64,000 bases of DNA from Syntrophales bacterium (GCA_963668175.1 OY764159.1:2912001-2976000); one strand, 5' to 3'. Shown: positions 19,109-28,897, numbered from the stretch's first letter. Program-made: numbers and translations. The notes: generated by a model from the letters alone, not told the origin.

Positions 19109-20820
19109 CACCACGCACATTATCTTTCATCAGCATGTCATCCGTACTGACGGCCATCATCAGCATCGCCATGGCCGTGGGCATTCCATTAGGCTACTTC
19201 ATTGTCGCCTACCAGTATATGTCCGGACGCGTCCATACCGAGCTCATCTTTTCCGCAAGAGTTGTAGAATCGCTGGTCAATAACAATCCCAAAACATGGC
19301 AGTATGAGGAAATCCGCCTTCAGGAGATCCTGGAACGCCGCTTTGACGTTACGTCTCGCGAGAAGCGCCTCATCAGGGATATGCGCGGGAAAATCATCGC
19401 CCAGACGCCGGAAACCCCGACGGCTCCCGCTTTGACATTTCGTCAGCCCATTTACGATTCCGGCGAGGAAGTGGCGCAGATCGAGATGGAACGGTCGATT
19501 GCCCCGCTTCTTTCGCGAACGGCCCTGATCGGTCTCTTGTCCGCTCTCGCAGGAACGAGTATATTCCTGATATTCCGTTATTTCCCTCTGCGGGCAGTCC
19601 GGGAGGCTTATCTCAATTTAGCGGAAAACGAAAAACGCCTCTCGTTAGCCTTGGCTTCGGGAGATTTCGGCGTCTCGGACTGGACAATCGGGAAACATAT
19701 CATGATTTGGGACGGAAGGATGTACGACATCTTCGGCGTATCGAGGGATTCCGACGCATCGCCGATTGAAATATGGCGGAAGAGCCTCCATCCGGAAGAC
19801 CGCGAACGGATGCTGGAAGCCGTGAGGCCCAGAGCAATCGCCGCCAGAGGGTTCAATGCCGAATACCGCATCGTTCAACCCGACGGAAAAATAAGATATA
19901 TCAAGACCGACGGCATCCTGTTGATGGACGACGACGGCAAACCCGCAAGGCTGATCAGCTTGAACCAGGACGTCACCGCCGGGAAGTTGGCCCAGATTCA
20001 GTTGCTGCAGGCCGAAAAGATGGCCTCCATAGGCAAACTGGCCGCAGGTGTGGCCCACGAGATTAACAATCCGACGGCCTTTGTCAGCAGCAACCTGAAG
20101 ACGCTTTCCGAATACGCGCAGGACATCATAGCCGTGAAAGAACAATACAAGGCAATGATGGCGTCCTTGAAAACCCTGAAGCTTGAAGATTCCTGCCTGG
20201 ATGCGATTAAGGGGCATATCCGGCATATCGAAGAACTCGAATCCCGGCTGAATATCGATATGGTCATCGGGGATATCCTGGCCGTGATCTCCGAATCTCT
20301 CGAAGGCACCGGAAGAATTACCCGTATCGTCCAGGACTTGAAGAATTTCGCCCATCCCGGCGAGGAAAAAGAGAACATGTTCAACGTCAACGAGAATATC
20401 GAATCGACACTCGGCATCGTATGGAACGAACTGAAATATAAAACCGTGGTGCACAAGGATTTCGGCGACATTCCCAGGATGCGGGGCTATCCGCAACAAC
20501 TCAACCAGGTCTTCATGAACCTCCTCGTCAACGCGGCCCAGGCGATCAAGGAAAAGGGGGAAATCAGGATATCGACCCGCGCCGAAAACGGCTTTATCGA
20601 TATCAAAATCGCCGATACGGGCGTGGGGATTCCGCCGGAGAACCTGCCGAAGCTTTTCGACCCCTTCTTCACTACGAAAGAAGTGGGCAAAGGGACAGGT
20701 CTGGGACTGCACGTCTCGTACAGCATCGTCGAGAAGCATCACGGCACCATCACCGTGGAAAGCGAAGTCGGCGCGGGAACGACATTCACCGTGAGGATAC
20801 CGATCCGGACGACGGATTGA
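19105..20820 (+). CDS. Membrane-bound PAS histidine kinase
   Basis: Two TM helices, PAS (LHPEDR), H-box AHEINNP and HATPase boxes; ATGA overlap with the binding-protein gene. Confidence 0.92.
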   Translation: MTPRTLSFISMSSVLTAIISIAMAVGIPLGYFIVAYQYMSGRVHTELIFSARVVESLVNNNPKTWQYEEIRLQEILERRFDVTSREKRLIRDMRGKIIAQTPETPTAPALTFRQPIYDSGEEVAQIEMERSIAPLLSRTALIGLLSALAGTSIFLIFRYFPLRAVREAYLNLAENEKRLSLALASGDFGVSDWTIGKHIMIWDGRMYDIFGVSRDSDASPIEIWRKSLHPEDRERMLEAVRPRAIAARGFNAEYRIVQPDGKIRYIKTDGILLMDDDGKPARLISLNQDVTAGKLAQIQLLQAEKMASIGKLAAGVAHEINNPTAFVSSNLKTLSEYAQDIIAVKEQYKAMMASLKTLKLEDSCLDAIKGHIRHIEELESRLNIDMVIGDILAVISESLEGTGRITRIVQDLKNFAHPGEEKENMFNVNENIESTLGIVWNELKYKTVVHKDFGDIPRMRGYPQQLNQVFMNLLVNAAQAIKEKGEIRISTRAENGFIDIKIADTGVGIPPENLPKLFDPFFTTKEVGKGTGLGLHVSYSIVEKHHGTITVESEVGAGTTFTVRIPIRTTD

Positions 20821-21064
20821 GACAATAAACCTCGGTCAGCATTAAAGTTCCTTGATCGGTCAGTCCGTCCCGGAAGCGAAGTTATTCAGGCATTACCAGC
20901 GTTTCCTGTCGATTCATCATACGAATCGAAAAGTTTTGTAGAACAAACACATTAACAGAAGAAAAATCTGCGGCCTGACGGGATGAACAACTAAAGCGGA
21001 ATTTTTCCAGACATATCGCAAGACATGAAAGCCCTTATCGAGGGAGAGCAAAGGAGGCGAAACC

Positions 21065-21517
21065 ATGCTTACCCAAACACCCAAAGGATTGGCGGAAATC
21101 AAAGCGGTCTTCGGTGATGCCAATGATCCGAATTTTGAGTCTAAGTATCTTCAGACCTTCGATCTTCCCTATCCTCTTCTTTACGACGGAAAGACGGTGA
21201 TGCATGCCCGATGCCACCGCCTGATTGTCGATAATTTCCTGCAGACGTTCCAGCAGATCAAGGACAGGGGGCTGACCGGCCAAGTAAAAAACTATGGCGG
21301 CATTTATCGGGTCCGGCCGAAGCAGGGACTGAGCGACCCTTCGACACATTCCTGGGGTATCGCGATTGACCTGGAACCCGCCAGATACCCGCTGGGCAGC
21401 AAAAACCGATTCTCCGGCGATGTTGTCCGGATATTCGAAGACGCCGGCTTCTTTTACGGAGGAGATTTTTCCGGAAGATTGGATCCGATGCATTTCCAGT
21501 TCTGCACGGGATATTGA
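21065..21517 (+). CDS. M15 family metallopeptidase (peptidoglycan hydrolase)
   Basis: R...STHSWGIAID (SxHxxGxAxD) and DPMHFQ Zn motifs; AGGAGG RBS. Confidence 0.85.
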   Translation: MLTQTPKGLAEIKAVFGDANDPNFESKYLQTFDLPYPLLYDGKTVMHARCHRLIVDNFLQTFQQIKDRGLTGQVKNYGGIYRVRPKQGLSDPSTHSWGIAIDLEPARYPLGSKNRFSGDVVRIFEDAGFFYGGDFSGRLDPMHFQFCTGY

Positions 21518-21671
21518 AAAGCGACGTATCGCCATTCCGCTGTTTTAAAGGAATGCGCCCTGAACACTGCTCTTCGCGCCGGCGATTCTCCAAGGTGTCA
21601 TCATTATCGCCATTTTCCCGGGATGCCGGCATTAGAGCAGGCGGCCTATTTTGAAAACCAGTCGGTATGAT

Positions 21672-21707
21672 AAAAAAAACGGGAACCGCACGACAGGCAA
21701 TTCCCGT
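21672..21707 (-). terminator. Intrinsic terminator after tRNA-Leu
   Basis: Minus strand ACGGGAA..TTCCCGT stem followed by a T run. Confidence 0.7.
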
Positions 21708-21716
21708 AATAAATTT

Positions 21717-21804
21717 TGGTGCCTAGGGTCGGGGTCGAACCGACACGCAGCCAGGCTGCGAGGGATTTTAAGTCCCTTGCGTCTACCAATTCCGCCACCC
21801 AGGC
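21717..21804 (-). tRNA. tRNA-Leu(TAA)
   Basis: GCCTGGGTGGCGGAATTGGTAGACGC...GGGACTTAAAATCCC, long variable arm, GGTTCGACCC, and ...CCTAGGCACCA with encoded CCA. Confidence 0.97.
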
Positions 21805-22215
21805 ACGCTTATGTAATGTCCGTTATATCCGCTTTTTCCGGAAATCCCTAAAGCAATGTCTCTACTTTAAAAACGCTGGAAATACCTCCAATGACGGGTT
21901 TTTCCGGACGGATACCCGTCAGCCGGTAATGCGGGTTAATACCTTACTCCGCTTTCAATGTCAACGCCGATGGTGGCCCGGTTAGGGATGTTCTTCATCC
22001 GAAAGAATTCTTCCGCGGGGAGTTCGCCCCCCGGCATCCTATACGGGCCGTCCGTGCGAGCCGTGTCCCCGTTCGCTATGACCGGACCCCGGCAGTTTTT
22101 CATTGACCGCCGTCTCTTTTTTCGATATTTTTTATCATCTGTAGAAATAATACTCAAACGAGGAGATCCGCCAGCGGAGATTCACCAGGCGGCCTGATGT
22201 TCATGGTGCGACCAT

Positions 22216-23652
22216 ATGGAAAATCGCCGGGGGAAGAACGGCCGGAACGGCAGGACCGAACCGCCCGTGTCGGAAAGCGAACTCCTTTACAAGATCCACC
22301 TCTATGAAGCCGTTCTGAACAACATCACAAGCGGCGTCCTGATCACCGATCCCGAGGGTTACGTTATCTTCTTCAGCGAATCCTACGGGAAGTTCCTCGG
22401 GGTAGACCCCAAGGCCCAGATCGGCAAGCATACGACAGAGGTGATCGAAAACTCCCGGATGCATATCGTCGCGCAGACGGGCATCCCCGAAATCAACCAC
22501 CCCCACCGCATCATGGGGCAGGACATGGTCGTCCAGCGCCTTCCCATCCTGATCGACGGCAAGATCGCGGCCGTTTTCGGCCAGGTCATGTTCGAAGACG
22601 TCCGCGACGTCCAGCTCCTGGCGGACAAGCTGAACATCCTCGAATCGAAGGTGAAACTCTACGAGAAAGAACTCGCTAGCCTCCGCGCTTCCAAGTACAG
22701 CTGCCGCAACATCATCGGCGCGAGTTCCGTCATGCAGGAGCTTCGCCGCGTCGGTCAGCAGGCGGCGAAGGTCAATTCGCCCGTCCTGATCTCCGGCGAG
22801 TCCGGCACCGGCAAGGAGCTCTTCGCCCACGCCATCCACCGCGCGAGCGGCCGCCACCGTCAGCCTTTCGTGCGCCTCAACTGCGCCGCCATTCCCAAGG
22901 ACCTCCTGGAGGCCGAATTGTTCGGCTACGAGCCGGGGGCGTTCACCGGCGCCGGCCCTAAAAGCAAGCCCGGCAAGTTCGAAATCGCCCACCAGGGAAC
23001 GATTTTCCTCGACGAAATCAGCGATCTCCCGCTGGCGATGCAGCCGAAGCTCCTGCGAGTCCTCGAAGAAAAGATGGTCGAGCGGCTGGGGGCGAACAAG
23101 CCCGTCAAATCCGATTTCCGCCTCATTGCGGCGACGAACGAAAAACTGGAGGACTGCGTAAAGAAAGGGACTTTCCGCAAGGACCTCTACTATCGCCTGA
23201 ACGTTATCCCCATCAACATTCCGCCCCTCAGGGAACGCAAGGAAGACATACCGCTTATCGCGCGCCACCTCCTCCAGAACCTCTGCAAGGATTTCGGCCT
23301 TATGCACAGGCAGATATCCCCGGAGGTCATGAAGATCCTGGAAAGCAACGACTGGCCCGGCAACGTCCGGGAGCTTTCCAACGTCCTGGAAAGAACCCTT
23401 TCCCTCATGGATGAAAACGAAAACATCATCCGCGCGGAACACCTGCCCCTCTTCTTCCGGAGCCTAAGCGAACGGTCGCATCCCTCTCAAACCCAGGGCC
23501 TCAAGGACCTGCGACAGTCCACGGAGCGCGACGCCCTCCTGCACGCCATCCGCCTGGCCAACAACAACAAGAATCAGGCGGCCCGGATTCTCGGCATTCA
23601 CCGCACCGCCCTGTACAAAAAAATGAAGAAGTTCGATCTGGCACTGAATTAA
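22216..23652 (+). CDS. PAS-domain sigma-54-dependent transcriptional activator (RocR/PrdR-like)
   Basis: GESGTGKE, GAFTGA, FLDEI and WPGNVREL motifs; C-terminal Fis HTH. Confidence 0.95.
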   Translation: MENRRGKNGRNGRTEPPVSESELLYKIHLYEAVLNNITSGVLITDPEGYVIFFSESYGKFLGVDPKAQIGKHTTEVIENSRMHIVAQTGIPEINHPHRIMGQDMVVQRLPILIDGKIAAVFGQVMFEDVRDVQLLADKLNILESKVKLYEKELASLRASKYSCRNIIGASSVMQELRRVGQQAAKVNSPVLISGESGTGKELFAHAIHRASGRHRQPFVRLNCAAIPKDLLEAELFGYEPGAFTGAGPKSKPGKFEIAHQGTIFLDEISDLPLAMQPKLLRVLEEKMVERLGANKPVKSDFRLIAATNEKLEDCVKKGTFRKDLYYRLNVIPINIPPLRERKEDIPLIARHLLQNLCKDFGLMHRQISPEVMKILESNDWPGNVRELSNVLERTLSLMDENENIIRAEHLPLFFRSLSERSHPSQTQGLKDLRQSTERDALLHAIRLANNNKNQAARILGIHRTALYKKMKKFDLALN

Positions 23653-23663
23653 ATGCTTCAATC

Positions 23664-23769
23664 TATAGACTGTTGGCTACATGTAGACAACTGTCTACAA
23701 CGCTTGCAATACCATTGAATTTATAACATTATTTTCTTTCCTTCGACATTTTGTAGACGATGATCTACA
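23664..23769. promoter_or_regulatory. Three TGTAGAC-N4-GTCTACA-type palindromes (enhancer/UAS)
   Basis: tatagactgttggctaca at 23664, tgtagacaactgtctaca at 23682 and tgtagacgatgatctaca at 23752. Confidence 0.75.
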
Positions 23770-23849
23770 TCTCTGTTTTCCCCGCGTACTCGCCCTATAA
23801 TATATCTAATAAATACGGAGCATTGGCGACAGGATACACCTATATATTT

Positions 23850-23865
23850 TGGCACGCATATTGCC
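23850..23865 (+). promoter_or_regulatory. Sigma-54 promoter
   Basis: TGGCACGCATATTGCC, a near-perfect -24/-12 consensus. Confidence 0.88.
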
Positions 23866-24002
23866 ATTGCAACCGTAAGCGCATCATATTCGTCTTTCTT
23901 ACATCAAAAATACAATCGAAAGGAGGTGCAGACGCCACGCACAAGCGGTCACGTTAGTCACGGTGACACTTCATGATTCCAGAATAGGAGGTAAGAGCTA
24001 AA

Positions 24003-25301
24003 ATGAGCGATCAAACAACGCAGGTAAAATCATCCCACGTCAAGGTCGCAACGGCCAGTCTCATCGGAACGTCCATCGAATGGTACGATTTCTTTATTTA
24101 CGGGACAGCCGCTGCGCTCGTCTTCAATAAACTCTTTTTCCCAAAAATGGATCCCATGACCGGCACGCTGGCGGCCTTCGCAACGTACGCCGTGGGCTTC
24201 GCCGCCCGTCCCCTGGGAGGTTTCGTCTTCGGTCATTACGGAGACCGGATCGGACGCAAGACGATGCTTTATCTGACCCTGTTGATCATGGGTCTCGCAA
24301 CGTTCGGCATCGGCCTTCTGCCCACGTATGATTCCGTCGGTCTCGCAGCGCCCCTGATGCTGATCGGCCTGCGCCTCTGCCAGGGATTTGCCCTCGGCGG
24401 CGAGTGGGGAGGCGCGGTGCTCATGGCCGTGGAACATGCACCGGACAACCGCCGCGGCTTCTACGGCAGTTGGCCGCAGCTCGGAGCGCCCCTGGGGCTC
24501 GTTCTCGGCACCATGGTTTTCACCGCCATCGCGGCCATGGTGAGCGATACGGATTTCATGGCCTGGGGCTGGCGCGTTCCCTTCCTGATCAGCATTGTGC
24601 TGGTCGTCGTCGGCCTGTACATCCGGGGCCGGCTCGCCGAATCGCCGCAGTTCCAGAAGATCAAAGACATGAAGATGGAAGTGAAGATGCCCATCATCGA
24701 GTCGATCAAGAAGCATCCCAAAGAGATCCTTCTCGCCATGGGCGCCCGTTTTGCAGAGAACGGGTTTTTCTACATCTACGCGGTCTTTGTCATGATGTAC
24801 GCGACGCAGGCCCTGGGCATGCCCCGCCAGTCGATCCTCAACGGCGTCATGATCGCGGCCTTCATCGAGGTCTTTTCGATCCCCGCATTCGGCCTCCTTT
24901 CCGACAAGGTCGGCCGCCGGCCCGTGTACATCTTCGGAGCGGTCTTCTCGGCCATCATGTCCTTCCCCCTCTTCGCCCTGATGAACACGAAAATAGCCTA
25001 CCTGGGATGGATCGGCATCATTCTGGGTCTCGCCGTCGGCCATGCGGCCATGTACGGCCCGCAGGCGAGCTTCCTTTCGGAGATGTTCGGAACGAAGGTC
25101 CGCTACAGCGGCGTCTCCTTAGGCTATAACCTGGCTTCCATCTTCGCCGGCGCCCTGTCCCCGCTGATCGGCACCTGGCTCCTCATGACGTACAAACCCT
25201 CTACTTATCCCATTTCGCTCTACATGATCACCCTGGCCCTGATCACGGTGGTGTCCGTATATTTCGCCATAGAGTCGCACAGGCGAACGGCGGAGTATTA
25301 G
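24003..25301 (+). CDS. MFS transporter, metabolite:H+ symporter (ShiA-like) family
   Basis: GTSIEWYDF, GDRIGRK, GGEWGGA and SDKVGRRP motifs. Confidence 0.92.
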   Translation: MSDQTTQVKSSHVKVATASLIGTSIEWYDFFIYGTAAALVFNKLFFPKMDPMTGTLAAFATYAVGFAARPLGGFVFGHYGDRIGRKTMLYLTLLIMGLATFGIGLLPTYDSVGLAAPLMLIGLRLCQGFALGGEWGGAVLMAVEHAPDNRRGFYGSWPQLGAPLGLVLGTMVFTAIAAMVSDTDFMAWGWRVPFLISIVLVVVGLYIRGRLAESPQFQKIKDMKMEVKMPIIESIKKHPKEILLAMGARFAENGFFYIYAVFVMMYATQALGMPRQSILNGVMIAAFIEVFSIPAFGLLSDKVGRRPVYIFGAVFSAIMSFPLFALMNTKIAYLGWIGIILGLAVGHAAMYGPQASFLSEMFGTKVRYSGVSLGYNLASIFAGALSPLIGTWLLMTYKPSTYPISLYMITLALITVVSVYFAIESHRRTAEY

Positions 25302-25460
25302 CGTGTGAACGTCGGGAGGGGGGGACCTGAATCCCCTCCCCTCCCGCATTTATCCCTTCGATCTTGGTTCTCCTTGAAATCGCTGCGTTTGCGACGCGGC
25401 GGCAACGGGGTGGTCTATTCAAAAAAAACGGACGCACAAAAGCAGATAAGGAGAAGCGAA

Positions 25461-26330
25461 ATGGCAAAGAAATCAGCAGGGAAACGGGGAATCGATCTGG
25501 AGTCGCCCGATATCAGGAAATCGGAAATCCTGATCGTCAAAGACGATTACTTCAAGCCGGAATTCGTCTGTCTGGTCACGGGGGCAGCCAGCGGAATCGG
25601 CAGGGCCACCGCCCTGGCCTGCTCGGCCAACGGCCTGACCGTCGCGGCCCTTGACGTGGACGAAGCCGGCGGCAGAGAAACCGTGGAGTTGGCAAAGAAG
25701 ATGGGCGGCCGGGTTCAGTTCGTCAAATCCGATCTGACCAGCGACGCGAGCATCGAAAACTGCGTCAGACAATCGGCCAAGATGGGGAGCATCAAATTCC
25801 TCGCCAACATCGCAGGGCTGCAGCACATCGACGCAATCGAGAATTTCCCCATGGCCAGGTACGACCTGATGCAGACGATTATGCTGCGCGCCCCGTTCTA
25901 CCTCTCCAAGCTCGTCATCCCCCACATCAAAAAAAGCAGGGACGGCGTCGGCGCCATCGGCAACATGGCATCGATCCACGCCCATATCTGCACGATGAAC
26001 AAGCCGGTGTACAACATCACCAAGTTCGGTCTGCGGGGCCTCACGCAGTCCATCGCCGCCGAAGGCGAGGGAAAGATCCGGTCCTTTTCCGTCAGCACGG
26101 GTTTCATCAAGACGCCGCTCGCGCTGAAACAGATTCCCGACCAGGCGAAGCAGCGCGGCATTTCCGAAGAATCGGTCGTCGTCGATGTCATGCTCGGCAA
26201 ATCGAGGGTCAAGGAGATGATGAGCCCCGTCGAAGTGGCCAATCTCTTCGTCTTCGGCTTCTCGAAGCACGGTAAATACCTCGTCGGCAGCGATCTCCTC
26301 TTCGACGGCGGCGTCGTCAAAACCTACTAG
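25461..26330 (+). CDS. SDR oxidoreductase, D-3-hydroxybutyrate dehydrogenase-like
   Basis: TGAASGIG, NIAGLQH, ASIH and K-P-V-YNITK (YxxxK) motifs. Start placed at ATG 25461 after AAGGAG. Confidence 0.85.
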   Translation: MAKKSAGKRGIDLESPDIRKSEILIVKDDYFKPEFVCLVTGAASGIGRATALACSANGLTVAALDVDEAGGRETVELAKKMGGRVQFVKSDLTSDASIENCVRQSAKMGSIKFLANIAGLQHIDAIENFPMARYDLMQTIMLRAPFYLSKLVIPHIKKSRDGVGAIGNMASIHAHICTMNKPVYNITKFGLRGLTQSIAAEGEGKIRSFSVSTGFIKTPLALKQIPDQAKQRGISEESVVVDVMLGKSRVKEMMSPVEVANLFVFGFSKHGKYLVGSDLLFDGGVVKTY

Positions 26331-26368
26331 ACCGTGAGCATTCACTGCCAAAAAGGAGGGCTATCTTT

Positions 26369-27274
26369 ATGAAGAAACCTTTCCGGAAAGTCGCCGTGGT
26401 CGGCACAGGCGTTCTGGGGACCCAGATCGCCATGCTGGCCGCCAACGCGGGCTACGGGGTCAAGGTCTACGATCCCGTCGCCGGGGCCTTCGATGCGACA
26501 TACAGGAAAATCCATGCCGATCTCAAGGCCAAGAAGGCCTCCCCCTTGATCCCCTGGGCAAAATGGGAGAAGGTGCGCAAATCCGTTGTGCATGAGACCG
26601 ACCTCGCCTCCGTCGTGAAGGATGCCGATCTCGTCGTCGAGGCCGTCCCCGAGATCCTCGATCTCAAGAAGAAAGTCTGGACGGACCTGGGAAAAATGGC
26701 GAAACCCGGGGCGATCCTGGCCACTAACAGCTCGTCGATGCCCGTTTCCAAGATGGAAAAGAGCGGAGGCCGTCTGAAGGACAGCCTGAACATCCATTTC
26801 TACTTCCCCCTCCAGGGCGTCAATATGGTCGACATCATGGGGGGCTCGAAGACCGACCGCGCCGTTTACGACAAGGGCGCTGCCTGGATCGTCTCTTTGG
26901 GCTGCATCCCCCTCAAGGTCAGGAAAGAAATCCTCGGTTTCTGCTTCAACCGCGTCTGGCGCGCCATCAAGCGCGAAACGCTCTATATGTGGGGCAACGG
27001 CTTCGTCGATTTCAGGGATACCGACCGGGCCTGGCGGGTTTTCACAGGCATGAGGGAAGGTCCCTTCGCCCTGATGGACAAGGTCGGTCTCGACGTCATT
27101 TACGACATCGAGATGGTCTACTATAAAGAATCGAAGGACCCGAAGGACAAGCCGCCCGACGCCCTGCTCAAGATGATCAAACGGGGCGAACTCGGCGTGA
27201 AGAGCGGCAAGGGTTTCTACACCTACCCGAACCCCGAATTCCTCCGCGCCGATTTCATGAAGCCGAAGAAATGA
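26369..27274 (+). CDS. 3-hydroxyacyl-CoA dehydrogenase family protein
   Basis: VVGTGVLG, VEAVPE, ATNSSS, GFCFNR, GPFALMDKVGLD and GVKSGKGFY motifs. Confidence 0.9.
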   Translation: MKKPFRKVAVVGTGVLGTQIAMLAANAGYGVKVYDPVAGAFDATYRKIHADLKAKKASPLIPWAKWEKVRKSVVHETDLASVVKDADLVVEAVPEILDLKKKVWTDLGKMAKPGAILATNSSSMPVSKMEKSGGRLKDSLNIHFYFPLQGVNMVDIMGGSKTDRAVYDKGAAWIVSLGCIPLKVRKEILGFCFNRVWRAIKRETLYMWGNGFVDFRDTDRAWRVFTGMREGPFALMDKVGLDVIYDIEMVYYKESKDPKDKPPDALLKMIKRGELGVKSGKGFYTYPNPEFLRADFMKPKK

Positions 27275-27293
27275 GACGACGACCAGATAACCG

Positions 27294-27331
27294 AAAGGGG
27301 CCGGCCGTGCGAACAGCCGGCCTTTTTCTTT
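27294..27331 (+). terminator. Intrinsic terminator
   Basis: GGCCGGC/GCCGGCC stem followed by TTTTTCTTT. Confidence 0.75.
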
Positions 27332-27565
27332 GGTTCAAGCCCTTTTCCCGAAATCGCCCGCGGCCTCCCGTATGGCGGATTAACCGGCGGCACCGCAAGG
27401 CATATAAGACGAAACGTCGCATATGTTCCCGTTACCTGTGTGACATTAGGCCTTTACTTCAAGGCGCCGATAGATTATGACTGTTGTCGTTTCCACAGGG
27501 GCCGGACTTTCCGGAAGCATCTGCCGGGAACGGACACCCTATAGTCCCCAGGAGGAAAGATCACG

Positions 27566-28891
27566 ATGCGGGAAGTCGATATCCTCATTACGGGAGGCAC
27601 GGTCCTCACCCTCGATAAGTCCGATACGGTCATCGTTTCCGGGGCCGTCGCCGTCGACGGTGACAAGATATTGGACGTCGGGGAGAACGCCGCCGTCCGC
27701 AGCCGCTACATCGGCCAGACGGTGATCGACGCCGGACGGTCCGTCGTCATGCCCGGCCTCGTCAACGCCCACACCCACGCCGCCATGACCTGCTTCCGCG
27801 GCATCGCCGACGACATGGACCTCATGGACTGGCTGAACAACTACATCTTTCCCGCCGAGGCGAAGAACGTCAACCCGGAGCTGGCCTACTGGGGCAGTCT
27901 CCTGGGCTGCGCCGAGATGATCAAGTCCGGCACGACGACCTTCTGCGACATGTACATCTTCGAAGACGAGACGGCCCGGGCTGCCAGGAAGGCGGGCATG
28001 CGCTGCCTCCTGGGGGAGGTCCTCTTCGACTTCCCGTCGCCGAACGTCAAATCGCCAACCGAGGGTCTGGCTTATACGCGCATGCTCCTCGAAAAATGGG
28101 CCCATGACCCCCTCGTCAACATCATCGTCGAGCCCCACTCCCTTTACACGTGCGCCCCTGTCCTCCTGCGGGACGCCAGGACCCTGGCGAACGCCTACGA
28201 CGTCCCCATCGGCACCCATCTTCTCGAAAACACGAGCGAACGCGAGCTTATTATATCGAAACTCGGCTGCGACCCGATGGTGTTCCTGAAAGAGGCCGGA
28301 TACCTGGACAGCCGATTCCTGGCCTTCCACGGCGTCTATATGACGGACGACGACATCCGCATCTTCGCCGACTGCGGCGCCAAGGTCGTCCACAACCCCG
28401 AAAGCAACATGAAGCTGGCCTCGGGCGTCGCCCCCGTATCGAGGATGGTCGACGCCGGCGTCACCGTCGGCCTCGGCACCGACGGCTGCGCCAGCAACAA
28501 CAACCTCGACCTGTTCCAGGAGATGGACACGGCGGCGAAACTGGAAAAGTCGGTCCGTCTCGATCCCAAGGTCATGTCCGCCCGGACCGTCCTTCGGATG
28601 GCGACCTGCGACGGGGCCCGGGCGCTGGGCCTCGACGGCATCACGGGCACGCTTGAGCCGGGCAAGAAGGCGGACATCGCCGTCGTCGGCATGAGGCGCC
28701 CCCACCTCACGCCCATGTACAATGCCTATTCCCATCTCGTCTACGCCGTCTCCGGCCACGACGTGGAGACCGTCCTCATCGACGGGCGGATTGTCATGAA
28801 GGACCGGAAGCTCCTCACGATCGACGAGGAGGAGGCCATGGACCGCGTGAACGCCATCGCCGAACGCGTCAGGAAAAGCCTGGAGGTTTAA
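27566..28891 (+). CDS. Amidohydrolase, MTA/SAH deaminase (MtaD)-like, copy 1
   Basis: PGLVNAHTH, HLLE, HNPESNMKLASG and GTDGCASNN motifs. Confidence 0.88.
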   Translation: MREVDILITGGTVLTLDKSDTVIVSGAVAVDGDKILDVGENAAVRSRYIGQTVIDAGRSVVMPGLVNAHTHAAMTCFRGIADDMDLMDWLNNYIFPAEAKNVNPELAYWGSLLGCAEMIKSGTTTFCDMYIFEDETARAARKAGMRCLLGEVLFDFPSPNVKSPTEGLAYTRMLLEKWAHDPLVNIIVEPHSLYTCAPVLLRDARTLANAYDVPIGTHLLENTSERELIISKLGCDPMVFLKEAGYLDSRFLAFHGVYMTDDDIRIFADCGAKVVHNPESNMKLASGVAPVSRMVDAGVTVGLGTDGCASNNNLDLFQEMDTAAKLEKSVRLDPKVMSARTVLRMATCDGARALGLDGITGTLEPGKKADIAVVGMRRPHLTPMYNAYSHLVYAVSGHDVETVLIDGRIVMKDRKLLTIDEEEAMDRVNAIAERVRKSLEV

Positions 28892-28897
28892 GAAGAG

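Noticed and set aside
21065..21804. Intact prophage or integrative element at tRNA-Leu
   Set aside because: I found no integrase, structural genes or duplicated tRNA 3' end in the window.
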